From contig CM075987.1 in NCBI GenBank assembly GCA_038087875.1, positions 16,742,001-16,806,000 of the forward strand: a stretch of DNA of 64,000 bases. Reading direction: 5' to 3'. The stretch is from Malacoraja senta. Its lineage: Eukaryota. Position numbers and translations under genes: made by a program. Below, one piece after another: positions 37,297 through 51,020 of the stretch; positions within the stretch are counted from its first letter, which is position 1; the number at the start of each line of letters is the position of its first letter. The notes under the pieces were generated by a model. It did not search any database. It was not told the DNA's origin and was given only the letters and a program-made list of their open reading frames with translations.

Positions 37297-37469
37297 CTTC
37301 AGTCTGAATATTGTCCTTCTACCACAATCCTCTGTGTTCTATCAGCAAACCAGTTTTGAATCCATACAACCAAGTCACTGTGGATCCCGTGCATCTTAAT
37401 CTTCCGGGGTAGCATACCATGGGGGACTTTATCGAATACTTTACAAAATTCATGCAGACAACATTTTCT

Positions 37470-38440
37470 GCAGGCATCTGTGCTGAGGCTGCTACTCATC
37501 ATGTTGTATATAAATGCTGTGGATGAGGGGATAGAAAACTTTGTGGCCAAGTCTGCAGATGATACAAAGATAGGCAGAGGGGCAGGTAGTGTAGAGGAAG
37601 CAGGGACTCTGCAGAAGGACTTGGACAGGTTGGAAGAGTGGGCAGAGAAGTGGCAGATTGAATATAGTGTAGCAAAGTGTGGAGTCATGCCTTTTGGTAG
37701 TAGGAATAAAGGCGTAGAATATTTTCTAAATGGGGATCCAGAAATCGGAGGTGCAAAGAGACCTGGGAGTGCTGATGCAGGATTCCCAAAAAGTTAATTT
37801 GCAAATCGAATCGTTGGTAAGGAAGGCAAATGCAATGCTAGCATTTATTTCGAGGGGACTAGAGTACAAAACCAGGGATGTACTGCCGAGGCACTTTACA
37901 GTGCTGGTCAGGCCACATGTGGAATATTGTGAGCAATTGTGGGCCCCATAACTGAGGACTGATACGCTGACACAGGAGAAGATCCAGTGAAGGTATACGT
38001 GAATGATCCCAGGAATGAATGTTAACATATGATGAACGTTTGACAGCACTGGGCCGTCACTCGCTGGAGTATAGAAGGATGAAAGGGGCCTGTTTGAAAC
38101 TTCCCTAATAGATGTGAAGAGGATGTTTCACTAGTGGGAGAATCTCAAGACCAGAGGTCATAGCCTCTGAATTAAAAGTTCCTTTAGGAAGGAGATGAGG
38201 AATTTCTATCATCAGAGGATTGTGAATCTGTGGAATTCATAGCCACACAAGGCTGGGGAGACCGTCAGTGGATATATTTAAGGCAGAGATAGATAGATTT
38301 TTTATTAATACGGGTGTCAGGGGTTATGGGGAGAAGGCAGGAGAATGGGGTTAGTAGGGAGAGATAGATCAGCCATGATTGAATGGCAGAGTAGACGATT
38401 AGGGCCGAATGGCCTAATTCTGCTCCTGTTGCATATGAAC
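37470..38440 (+). mobile_element. Older CR1 3' portion
   Basis: ADDTK, LQKDLDRL, VRPHVEYC motifs plus UTR. Confidence 0.8.
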
Positions 38441-38749
38441 ATTTACCTCATCAATCGTCCTCATCACCTCAAAAAACGTAATCAAGTTAGTTCCACGTCA
38501 TCTGTCATGGTCATGGAACAGAGAACATTACAGCACAGGAACAATGCCTGTGCCAAACCATGCCAAGACCAACTCTTATCTGCCTGCACATAAACCATAT
38601 CCCTCCATTCCCTGCATATCCATGTGCCGATCTAAAAGCCTCTTAAATGGCACCACCCTATCCTTGGCAGCACACTCCGGGCACGCACCACCTTTTGTGT
38701 CAAAAAACAACTAATTTCTACCATTTGCAGGTCAGAGTCTTTGTTCATT

Positions 38750-39570
38750 GAATGATTAAAATTTCTTTAATTTTTTGTCTCATTTAAGTGTAGTTATAGT
38801 TTTTTTAAAGTAAAAAAAAAAAAACTGGGTATGTGTGTGGGGGGTGGGGGGTGGGGAAACTTTTAAAATCTTTTCCCTGTACGGGGGACCCGACCTTTTC
38901 TCTGTCGGGTCTCCGTTGTCGTTGGGGCCTAGCACCGTGGAGCGGCCTCCAACCGGAACGACCTGGGGCTCCAGTCGCGGAGCCTGCGGACTACTCATCA
39001 TCGTGGAGCTGGCCGAGTTCGGAACGGGAGGAGCTGTGGTGGCGCGCTGCTGCGGCCCGACCCCCGAGATTCGGAGGCTCCAGCCGCCGGCCCGGTGGAC
39101 GGTAACATCGGGAGCTCGCAGGTCCCTGGTGGGAGACTGCTTTTCAGAGCTTCCGCAACGGCGACTTCTCCCGCCCAAGTTGCGGGGTTGAGGATGACCT
39201 GGAGCGGGGCCTAACATCGCCCGGCGCTGCTTTAATGGCCGTCGGACTTGCTAGCGCCCACCGGGGGCTCCAACATCAAGACCCGGAGCGTGGCCTTGCA
39301 TCGCCCGGCGCGGCTTTAATGGCCGCGGGACTTATTTACCATCGCCCGCCGGGGGCTTTGACTCTGACATCGGGAGGAGAATGGGGAGAGCATGGGAGAG
39401 ATAAGACTTTGCCTTCCATCACAGCGAGGAGGAGATTCGCTGTGATGGATGTTTGTGTAAATTGTGTTGTGTCTTGGTACTTCTACTTGTTTGTATGACT
39501 GCAGAAAACAAATTTCGTTTGAACCTCAATGAGGTTCAAATGACAACAAATAAATTGTATCATTGTATCA
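38750..39570 (+). mobile_element. CpG-rich non-autonomous retroposon
   Basis: Same family as 34045-34855; (TTGTATCA)2 tail. Confidence 0.65.
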
Positions 39571-39724
39571 TGTTCTTCACTTTGTTTATTCAATTTTTAT
39601 CTGTTCTTGCTTTGGAATTTTCTGAAACTGACACGTAGTATTGACACGAGGCTCCTGCAGTTCACTGTATATTTTTGACATTGCTGTTAGAATGCTTTGG
39701 AAAGTTGAAGTTCATGGTGCAGAT

Positions 39725-40475
39725 CACAATCACAATCACAATAATACTTTTCAGCCAAGTATGTTTTGCAACACACGAGGAATTTCATTTGCCAAGTCAG
39801 TCATACAAATAAAAATCAACGGACACACAAAACATATTTTAACATAAACATCCATCACAGAGACTCCTCCACATTCCTCACTGTGATGGAAGGCGAAAAA
39901 AAGTTCAATCTCTTCCCTTTGCTCTCCCGCGGTCGGGGGCCTTGAACCCTCCGTTGACGGGATGATCTTGACTCCCGTAGCCAGCGGCGTTTGGGCCCTC
40001 TGCGTCGAGGTGATCAGCTCATGCATCGGGGCGATTGTCAGCTCCCCCACGCCAGACGATCGAACCTCGCGTCGGGGCTGGTCGAACGTTCCGCGACGTT
40101 GGAGCTCCCGACATCCACGGCCTCTCCCGAGACTGAGAGCATCCGATGTAAAGTTGGAGCGGTTGGAGCGATATCAGGCAAGGGATCGAGTCCGATGTAA
40201 GTCCACAGCCTGCAGTGGGGCCCAAGGTCAGTCCGAGGAGGCCTCCAGCTCCATTGATGGTAGGCCACAGCGACCGGAGAATGCAATCCGAAAATTAATC
40301 GCATCCCCGGCAAGGTAAGAAACTGAAAAAAAAGTTTCCCCGACCCTTCCCCCTCCCCCCACATAAAACAAACTGGAGAACATTTACACAAACTTTAAAC
40401 ACACACTAAAATATTTTTTTTTAAAGACGAAAAAACATACAGACTGGCGGGGCTGCCAATCGTAAGGCGCCCCTG
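39725..40475 (-). mobile_element. CpG-rich non-autonomous retroposon
   Basis: Same family; (TTGTGA)n tail at ~39725. Confidence 0.62.
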
Positions 40476-40668
40476 GTTCCTCCCACAGTCCAAAGACATG
40501 CAGGTTTGTCTGCGTTAATGTCAGAAAATTCAATTTTGTAGCTAAATGCGCAGGTTTGTTCATGTTTGGCTTGAACACAATGGGCAAGATGACCACCTGC
40601 TGATTTAAATTTCTATTTTCCCCCAAACAGAACAGCTTCTTTAAAATATTTAAATGTTTTGTCTTTAG

Positions 40669-40745
40669 AATCGATGTTATTATGAGGGGACGGTGCGAGG
40701 ATATTTTGGTTCCCAAGTCGCAGCAAGTATATGTTCAGGACTCAG
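40669..40745 (+). CDS. ADAM prodomain exon C (NRCYYEGTVRGYFGSQVAASICSGL)
   Basis: TTTTGTCTTTAG| acceptor, AG|GTGAAT donor; 77 nt, phase 0 to 2. CYY.G.V.G...S....S.CSGL is the hallmark ADAM propeptide motif. Confidence 0.92.
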
Positions 40746-40924
40746 GTGAATATTGACTAATTCATGAAACTTTATTGCGTTGATGCTGCATATCAAACAC
40801 CCATTTACACTAATCCCATTTTATTCTCCCCTCATTCCAATCAACACTCCACAGATTCTACCACTCAGCTACACACTGGAACAAATTTAGAGTGCTCCAT
40901 CAACCTACCAACCCCCCTATAGTA

Positions 40925-41650
40925 CTGGTGTGGCAGGGGTAAGCATGCAAGTAAGCATGCAGGTACAGCAGGCAGAAAGTAAGCATACAGGTACAGCAGG
41001 CAGTGAAGAAAGCGAATGGCATGTTGGCCTTTATAACAAGAGGAGTTGAGTATAGGAGCAAAGAGGTCCTTCTGCAGTTGTACAGAGCCCTAGTGAGACC
41101 ACACCTGGAGTATTGTGTGCAGTTTTGGTCCCCTAATTTGAGGACGGACATTCATGCTATTGAGGGAGTGCAGCGTAGGTTTACAAGGTTAATTCCCGGG
41201 ATGGCGGGACTGTCATATGCTGAGAGAATGGAGCAGCTGGGCTTGTACACTCTGGAGTTTAGAAGGATGAGAGGATATCTCATTGAAACATATAAAATTG
41301 TTAAGGGTTTGGACACGCTAGAGGCAGGAAACCTGTTCCCGATGTTGAGGGAGTCCAGAACCAGGGGCCACAGTTTAAGAATAAGGAGTAAGCCATTTAG
41401 AACGGAGATGTGGAAACACTTTTTCTCACAGAGAGTAGTGAGTCTGTGGAGAGGGCGGTGGAGGCAGGTTCTCTGGATGCTTTCAAGAGAGAGCTTGATG
41501 GGGCTCTTAAAAATAGCAGAGGCGGGATATGGGGAGAAGGCAGGAACGGGGTACTGATTGGGGATGATCAGCCATGATCACATTGAATGGCGGTGCTGGC
41601 TTGAAGGTCCGAATGGCCTACTCCTGCACCTATTGTCTATTGTCTATTGA
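40925..41650 (+). mobile_element. CR1 3' fragment
   Basis: ORF 41003-41557; (TATTGTC)n tail. Confidence 0.88.
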
Positions 41651-42513
41651 CGCCGAAGCACTCAGATGAAATCCATGCAATCACAGGAAGAACGTGTAAA
41701 CTCCTCACAGACAGCACTGGGATTCAGTATTGAATCTGGCTCACTCGAGCTGTGAGATAGTAAGCCTACTAGCTGCGCCACGGTGCCACTCTTAAACATA
41801 AAGTACAAAACAAATGCTCAAATGTTTGGAATGGGTCAGTAGGGTTTTAAACATATTTTATTACTTGAGCCAGGGCACATCATTGAATGTTTTATCTGAA
41901 CACTTGTACTTGGTCTGCCAAGGCTTTCTGCCAGTTGCTAACCACAATTAAGGGTGGTGGGTATATGGAACGAGCTGCCGGAGGAGGTAGTTGAGGCGAA
42001 TACTATCATAATGTTTAAGAGACATTTGGACAGGTACATGGATAGGATAGATTTATTATTTAGAAAGGATCGGTTTCCCATACTGTCCTTCTGTCCTGGG
42101 CCTCTTCTATTGCTAGAGTGAGGCCAGATGCAAACTGGAGGAACAGCACCATATAGGGTCACGTGATAGGAGCAGAATTAGGCCATTCAGCCTTTCAAGT
42201 CTGCTCTGCCATTCAATCATGGCTGATCTATCTCTCCCTACTAACCCCATTCTCCTGCCTTCCCCCTATAACCCCTGTCACCCCTACTAGGCAAGAATCT
42301 ATCTATCTTTGACTTAAAAATATCTATTCACTTGGCCGTCACAGCCTTCTGTCGCAATGAATTCGACAGATTCACCACCCTCTGATTGAAGAAATTCCTC
42401 TTCATCTCCTCCCTAAAGGAAGCTCTAATGTTCCGTAGAATTGCTGGAAGGGAAGTTCAAGTTCACATTTATTGTCACATGCCCCAATTGGTACAGTGAA
42501 AATTGAGTTACCA

Positions 42514-45435
42514 TCTGTGTTCTCCGTTCTGGATGCCATAAGTTTGTTTTGGCAGATCCCACTGGACCCTGACGCGTCCATCCTCACCACGTTCGGCACC
42601 CCCTTCGGCCGCTACAAATTCCTGAGAATGCCCTTCGGCATCAACTCTGCCAAGGTGGTTTTCCAGCGCACAATGGAACAATTGTTTGCGGGGTATCCAT
42701 GCGCCATCATTGTCGATGACATTCTCTTTGCCGGACACGACATGGCTGAGCATGATGCCAATCTAAAAAGAGTACTAGACCGTGCTAAAGGCATTTATCT
42801 CAAGCTCAACCCCCTGAAATGCAGATTTCGGGTCACAGAGGTTAACTATGTCGGCCATGTTTTCACCAGTGAAGATCTCAGACCGGACCCATCCAAGACT
42901 ACTGCCATCAACGAAATGCTGGTTCGGATTGACGTTATGAGTTTACAGAGATTCCTGGGAATGGTCAACCATCTGGGAAAATTCATTCCAAACCTCAGTG
43001 ATATGTCTGCCCCCCTGCAGGAACTGACACACAAAGATTCTGCCTGGTCCTGGTATTCACAGCACCAATGAGCTTTCGACATCCTCAAGTTGCAGCTGGC
43101 CAGCCCACCCACCGTTGCCTACTTTGCTTTAAAGTTGCCAGTGACACTCACATGTAATGCGTCCCAGTATGGACTTGGCATTACTTGCCTACAAACCTCC
43201 ACCGATGGCGATCACAGGCCTGTTGCGTGCACCACCCTGACTGAAACTGAACAACGTTACGCCCAAATTGAAAAGGAATTACTTGCAATGGTTTTCGCCT
43301 GCATGAAATTCAAAGACTTTATTTTTGGAAAATCTGTGACTGTGGAAACAGATCACCAGCCGTTGGTCACAATCCTAAACAAACCCATCCACGCCGCTCC
43401 GGCTCGCCTGCAATGGATGATGATGCAGCTACAACGTTTCGATTTCACCATAGTCTACAAAAAAGGCAAAGACATGCACATAGCTGACACGCTATCAAGG
43501 GCCCCACGCAAAACCAGCGAACAACTGCCCTCTGAACAGGACCAGTTCTCGGTAATGAAGGTATCGTATGTTCCACTGAATGCCTAAGCAGCCTGGCAGA
43601 GCACACGGCTGCTGACGAGACTCTACAATTACTGTCTTCAGTCATCCGGCGTGGCTGGCCGGATAAACAACACAGTACTCCACTCGCGATTCGCCCATAC
43701 TACCTAGTTCGCGACGAACTAGTGCTACAGGACGGGATTATAGTCAAGGGCCACAAAGCAGTTATCCCAGCCGTTCTTCGGGACAAGTACTACGATGCTG
43801 TCCACAGGGGCCACCCCGGTGTGGAGGCAACCCTACAACAGTTGTGTTTCTTATTTTCTTTTGGTGCTCTTGAAATTGAATTCTGTCCTTGATTTGTGTA
43901 CTGTGGTGTTTTTATATTTAATTTATTCCGATTATGTGTTTTGTATTTTTTTTGTGATTCTATGCATTGTAAGGTGTCCTTGGGTTTTAGAAAGGCGCCA
44001 GTAAATAAAATGATTATTATTATTATTATTAGAGCATGTTTTACTGGCCTGGGATGACCAAGTATATTCGAGAAAAAGTCGAAGTCTGCACTATCTCCAA
44101 CAGCCTAGCGCCACCAACAGAAACAACCTTTGCTCTTGCACCCGGTTCCTCCTCTGCCGTGGTCCACAGTCGCCACCGACATATTCGAATGGCACGGAAG
44201 ACACTACCAGGTCCTTGTTGACTCGTATTCGGGCTGGTTCGAAATTGACCTACTGAAAACCGTCACATCTGACACAGTCATCCAGAAGTTGTCACGCCAC
44301 TTCTCCGTGCACGGTTCCCCTGCATGTCTCCTATCTGACAACGGCAGTCAATTCACCAGCCAGCACTTCAAAAACTTCGCTCAACGATGGGATTTTCGAC
44401 ATATCACCAGCACCCCCAAATTTCCACAGTCCGACGGACTTGCAGAACGGGCTGTCCGGAGAGCCAAACAATTACTGGAGTGTTCACAACTTGCCAAATC
44501 CAACGTCTACCTGGACCTGCTCAACCTAAGGAACATTACCCACTGGGATCTCCAGCCCAACGACTCATGTCTTGCCAAACCCACGCTGCCCTGCCCGTAC
44601 CCCAGCAGCTGCTGCAGCCACAGGTCCGTTCACCTCCCGTTGTCCAGAAACAACTCCAGCTGAAACGCGATGCACAGAAATGATCTTTGGACAAGTCCAG
44701 CAAACCATTTAAACCTCTCTCCAGTGGACAAGTTGTTCGCCTTCAGACCGACAAGGGCTATGGCCGTTTGGGTCACATTCACAACCCTGCCAAAGAACTG
44801 CGCTCTTACCTGGTAAGCGCGGACGGAGGCCTTTACAGATGCAACCGTCAACATCTTCCTGTGAAGGAACCACGTCCTGCGGCTCCGTATCCAGAGGTCA
44901 CACGTTTAATGCACCCTCCCACTGCCAGGCCATGCCCCCTGCGGCCTCTCCACAACGTTCGGCGCCCTACTCGCCAGCTTCGCCGCCTCCACTCTGCGGG
45001 TCTCCGGTGCCGTCCCCGGTCACTTCCCCGGTGACGCGGATTTATACCGGATGGATCTGTAAGCCACCCCTTAGATATGGAGACTTTGTGTAACCATCCA
45101 TACTTCCCTGTATGCGTTATTAGTGTTTTGGGTACCGTATTATATAGCCATCAGAGCGCGGTTATTAATGTGTTTCTGCTAATTGGCTCGCATTTTAGTT
45201 GTGCCTTCTTTCATTTCTACAAGGAAAGATGTAGATTGGTTACTTCATACTAACCAATTGTAGTGCTCTATTAATAGAAGCTCCGCCTACTACGCGGTTT
45301 ATATTATCAGAATTCAGTTCATATCGTTAGTCCGAGTAGCTGTAACGCTTGCCTTAACACTATGCTGAAGTGTACTGTGAGTAGATTTCAATAAACATGT
45401 TGTACCACGTTGTGTGAGCGACTGACCTTATTACA
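42514..45435 (+). mobile_element. Gypsy/Ty3 LTR retrotransposon remnant A (RT-RNaseH-integrase, PPT, 3' LTR 45230-45435)
   Basis: FWQIPL, RMPFGI, IVDDIL, RYAQIEKELLA, TDHQPL, LVDSYSGW, SDNGSQF motifs in Gypsy order; PPT AAGGAAAGA then TGTA...TACA with AATAAA. Confidence 0.92.
43838..44030 (+). mobile_element. LINE/SINE 3' tail inserted in the Gypsy integrase
   Basis: AT-rich insert ending AATAAAATG(ATT)n that interrupts the GHPG...MFYWPGM region. Confidence 0.6.
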
Positions 45436-48294
45436 CCGACCTCAAGTTCAACCCCCTAAAGTGCAAATTCAGAGTGAGCGAGATGAACTACGTGGGTCAT
45501 GTGTTCACCAGTGACGGCCTCAAACCCGATCCATCAAAGACTATTGCAATTAACGAGTTACCAGCACCCACAGACGTGCTCAGCCTGCAGAGATTCCTTG
45601 GCATGGTAAACTACTTGGGGAAATTCATTCCAAATTTCAGTGAACTATCGGTCGCACTGCACCAGCTAACCCACGAACACACTGTTTGGTCCTAGCATGA
45701 ACAGCAGCAGAGGGCGTTTGACACTCTTAAACAACAAATGTCTTGTGCCCCCACCCTCACCTACTTTGATGTTAAGCTACCTGACACTAACTTGTGACGC
45801 CTCACGGTACGGTTAGGAGCAGCTTGCCTCCAAAATAACGGGGACGGCAACAGGCCTGTTGCCTATGCTTCTCGCACCATGACCAACAGGGAACAATGCT
45901 ACGCTCAGATTGAAATGGAGCTGCGGTCGTTTTCGCTTGCAGGAAGTTTAATGACTTTATCTTCGGGAAAACGGTCATGATTGAGACTGACCATCAACCC
46001 CTAATCAGCATTCTGAACAAACCGATACACGCTTCTCCAGGACGCCTCCAATGTATGTTGCTACAGCTACAGAAGTATGACATTGTTCTCACCTACAAAT
46101 GTGGCAAGGACTTGCACCTGGCTGACACCCTGTCATGTGCTCCACGGAAGACCTGCGAGAAATCATCCACGGCTGATGACAGCTTCGTTGTCATGACGGT
46201 CTCCTATGTTCCTTCGTCCTGTTTGGAGGACCTGGTAGCCCAAACTGCTGCTGACGATACCTTACAATAACTCTCCTCTGTCATTAAGCGCGGGTGGCCA
46301 GACAAGCAATACAGATTACCACTCCAAATCCAGCCCTTCTTTGCCGTGAATGATGAACTAGTTCTAAGAGGACATTATCGTAAAGGGCCACAAAGCTGTA
46401 ATTCCTGCCTCCTTACACAGGAAGTATTTTGATGCCGTCCATGCGGGACACCCAGGCGCAGAGCGAAAATCATGTTTTCTGGCCTGGCATGGCTGATTAT
46501 ATTCGTGAGAAAGTAAAGTCCTGTGCAGTGTGCAACAGTTTGACAGCAGACCAAAAAAAGCAGCCACTTCTCTCACACCCGGTTCCCAACCTCCCAACCT
46601 CCCATGGTCCACATTGGCAAATTACATTTTTGAGTGGCATGGCAAACAATACCTGGTTCTAGTCGACTCATATTCCGGATGGTTTGAAATTGATCTACTC
46701 AGTAGCCCCACCTCTGCAGGGGTAGTCCAGAAACTGGCATGCCATTTCTCTGTTCACGGGTCTCCGTATCAGCTACTGTCTGACAATGGCAGTCAATTTA
46801 CCAGCCAGTACTTCAAAGACTTTGCTCCACGCTGGGGTTTTCGTCATATCACCAGCAGCCCCGAATATCCACAGTCAATCGGGCTGCCGTCAGGAGTGCC
46901 AAACAAGTGATGGAACGATCTCACAGAGCGGGATCAGACGTATACCTAGACCTGCTCAACCTGCGCAACATCTCCTGCGACCCGATATTGGGTTGACCCG
47001 CCCAACAACTGATGTCAAGGCAACCCCGAGCCACACTGCCTGTGGTGAAACAGGCACTAGTACCGCAAGTGATCCCACCATCCAAAATCCAGTCCAGGCT
47101 ACAACAAAAGTGCAATGTTCAAAAAGGATGGTATGACATGACGAGCAGCCCACTTCCACCACTAGCCAAGGGACAGGTGGTCCGTCTACAAACTGAAACG
47201 GGTCAGGACCGCCTCGGTGTAATTTCTGGAACTGCTTCCGAACGACGTTCATATTTGGTTAATGCCGATGGCGGCACCTACAGACGTAAAATTCAGCACA
47301 TCCTGCCTGTGAACGAACCAGCACCACCTCCGTATTATCCTGACTGCACAGGTACACTTCCATCCCCATCCAGCGGCATCGGCCCGACCATACCCACCAC
47401 AACCATCCGCTCCTGATCCGGTCGTTTCGCCCATGGCCACGCCATCTCGACCCCTGCCAAGGTCTCCAGTTCCATCGTCGGGGATGCTGTTTCAATCTCC
47501 TGCACCTATTCTACCACCGATCACATCTGCGGTGACGGGAGAAAATGCAGGACTGTACCGTATGCGTGCAGGTCGCATCTGCAAACCCATCCTAAAGTAC
47601 CCGGGTTACGTTTGAACTTCCCTCCAGCTTACTTACACATACTATATGTACTTTATGCAATCATTAGTACCTACATTTTGCATGCAATTATCATATCTAT
47701 TTTATTAGAAACATAGAAAATAGGTGCAGGAGGAGGCCATTTGGCCCTTCGAGCCAGCACCGCCATTCATTGTGATCATGGCTGATTGTCCCCAATCAAT
47801 AACCCGTGCCTGCCTTCTCTCCATATCCCTTAATTCCACCAGCCCCTAGAGCTCTATCTAAATCTCTCTTAAATCCATCCAGTGATTTGGCCTCCAATGC
47901 CCACGATGGCAGGGAATTCCACAAATTCACAACTCTCTGGGTGAAAAAAAAAATTCTCACCTCGGTCTTAAATGTCCTCCCCTTTATTCTAACGCTGTGG
48001 CCCCTGGTTCTGGACTCGCCCAACATTGGGAAAAATTTTCCCGCATCTAGCTTGTCCAGTCCTTTTAAGGAGCGGATTAGGAGTTAATTCTTTAAGAGGA
48101 AGGATGTAGATTAGTATATCTTTACTATTTATATATCACCACACAGATTATGCATGCTACACATTCCTTATGTTGTCCAGTCCAGATCTTCATCCCTATT
48201 CTGGGCACATCGGTCCTGTAGCTGATGCGTCACTCTCTCTTTGCACCAATTAAAAGTGAATAGGTCTACACACTTCAGGCTAACCATTGCTACA
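45436..48294 (+). mobile_element. Gypsy/Ty3 remnant B (RT C-terminus to integrase, PPT, 3' LTR from 48105), with a CR1 at 47706-48068
   Basis: YVGHVF, LQRFLGMVNY, TDHQPL, LVDSYSGW; PPT AAGAGGAAGGA then TGTAGA. LTR end uncertain (48270 or 48294). Confidence 0.88.
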
Positions 48295-49282
48295 TACTGA
48301 ACAGCAGGAGGTCTTCTGCATTTATTTTTTGTTATATAACCAGACCCAAGCTTTATATACCACATAGTACAAACAGTGGTTAAGTCCCTCAGTACTGTGC
48401 GTGCCAAATCAAGCTGACGTTAGAGGTTCATACCTACTTCTGCACACAGCTCTTGCTTTAAAACAAACTACTTACATTTGTGGGCAAACTACAGGCAAAG
48501 GATTAACATTCATTCTTGTTTGCAATTGTGGACAGTTCAATGAATGCAGCAAAAAAATTATTCTGACCCTCAATGTAACATCAATTTGACATAAAATGAA
48601 TGGAACCATTAGTTTTGCACGACGAGCATAAAAATGTGAAGTTTACAATGAAAGCAAATTTAGAAGTAAACCACAGGCTAGGAGCTGAGCAAAACAGTGG
48701 AGCAGTTGAGGATAAGAGATTGTTAGAATAATAAACCATTTTGAATTTTTCAACGTCCAGTTGTTGAACTGCAGGTAACTAGGTCTTGCGTTTTACCCGA
48801 GAATTTGTTTTTTTTTAATCCAATTAGTTTTCAAAAGCACAATGTATACTCCCACCATTAGCTAAAACAATTTAATATGTCCTTTTCTCATTTGCAATTT
48901 ATAGAATTTTGCAATGCATAAACTATTTTCCCCCCACAAATGCAACCTTGATTCCTGAATATCTTTCAGAATTTCCACGTTTCTTCCAAACTTTATTCCA
49001 AAGTATTTTAATACCAACTGGAGATTTTTATATTCTGAGATTGTTAGAGGTTTATTACAATTTCAAGATATTTCTATCTTACGGGAATGAAAGCATGTCG
49101 TGTTCCCTCCGCTTGTACTGCAATAAAGACTATGAGTTCTAACCTCGATGTGTGGGTCTGGTCATTCAACAGTTGGTGAGACCGCATTCAGAATATTGTG
49201 TTCAGTTTTAGGAAAGATATTGTCAAGCTTGAAAGGGTTCAGAAAAGATTTACGAGGATGTTGTCAGGACTAGAGGGTGTGA

Positions 49283-51020
49283 GGGAAGGTAGTGCATCCG
49301 CGGATAACAAGGGAAATCAGGGATAGTATCAAAACTAAAGATGAAGCATACAAATTAGCCAGAAAAAGCAGCCTACCAGAGGACTGGAGAAGTTCAGAGT
49401 CCAGCAGAGGAGGACAAAGGGCTTAATTAGGAAAGGGAAAATAGATTATGAAAGAAAACTGGCAGGGAACATAAAAACTGACTGCAAAAGTTTTTATAGA
49501 TATGTGAAGAGAAAAAGATGAGTTAAAACAAATGTAGGTCCCTTGCAGTCAGAAACAGGTGAATTGATCATGGGGAACAAGGACATGGCAGACCAATTGA
49601 ATAACTACTTTGGTTCTGTCTTCACTAAGAAAGACATAAATAATCTGCCGGAAATAGCAGGGGACCGCGGGTCAAATGAGATGGAGGAACTGAGTGAAAT
49701 CCAGGTTAGCCGGGAAGTGGTGTTAGGTAAATTGAATGGATTAAAGGCCGATAAACCCCCAGGGCCAGATAGGCTGCATCCCAGAGTACTTAAGGAAGTA
49801 GCCCCAGAAATAGTGGATGCATTAGTGATAATTTTTCAAAACTCTTTAGATTCTGGAGTAGTTCCTGAGGATTGGAGGGTAGCTAATGTAACCCCACTTT
49901 TTAAAAAGGGATGGAGTGAGAAAACGGGGAATTACAGACCAGTTAGTTTAACATCGGTAGTGGGGAAACTGCTAGAGTCATTTATTAAAGATGGGTTAGC
50001 AGCACATTTGGAAAGTGGTGAAATGATTGGACAAAGTCAGCATGGATTTACGAAAGGTAAATCATGTCTGACGAATCTTATAGAATTTTTCGAGGATGTA
50101 ACTAGTAGAGTGGATAAGGGAGAACCAGTGGATGTGTTATATCTGGGCTTTTAGAAGGCTTTCGACAAGGTCCCACATAAGAGATTAGTATACAAACTTA
50201 AAGCACACGTTATTGGGGGTTCATTATTGATGTGGATAGAGAACTGGCTGGCAGACAGGAAGCAAAGAGTAGGAGTAAAGAGGTCCTTTTCAGAATGGCA
50301 GGCAGTGACTAGTGGGGTACTGCAAGGCTCAGTGCTGGGACCCCAGCTATTTACAATATATATTAATGATTTGGACGAGGGAATTGAATGCAACATCTCC
50401 AAGTTTGAGGATGACACGAATCTGGGGGGCAGTGTTAGCTGTGAGGAGGAAGCTAGGAGGCTGCAAGGGTACTTGGATAGGCTGGGTGAGTGGGCAAATG
50501 CATGGCAGATGCAGTATAATGTGGATAAATGTGAGGTTATCCACTTTGGTGGCAAAAACAGGAAAATAGACTATTATCTGAATGGTGGCCGATTAGGAAA
50601 AGGGGAGATGCAACGAGACCTGGGTGTCATGGTACACCAGTCATTGAAAGTAGGCATGCAGGTGCAGTAGGCAGTGAAGAAAGCGAATGGTATGTTAGCA
50701 TTCATAGCAAAAGGATTTGAGTATAGGAGCAGGCAGGTTCTACTGCAGTTGTACAGGGTCTTGGTGAGACCACACCAGGAGTATTGTGTACAGTGTTTGT
50801 CTCCTAATCTGAGGAAAGACATTCTTGCCATAGAGGTACAGAGAAGGTTCACCAGACTGATTCCTGGGATGTCAGGACTTTCATATGAAGAAAGACTGGA
50901 TAGACTTGGCTTGTACTCACTAGAATTTAGAAGATTGAGGGGGGATCTTATAGAAACTTTCAAAATTCTTAAGGGGTTGGACAGGCTAGATGCAGGAAGA
51001 TTGTTCCCGATGTTGGGGAA
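49283..51020 (+). mobile_element. CR1 ORF2 RT region, mutated
   Basis: ORFs 49543-50154, 50227-50670 and 50674-51066. Confidence 0.92.
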
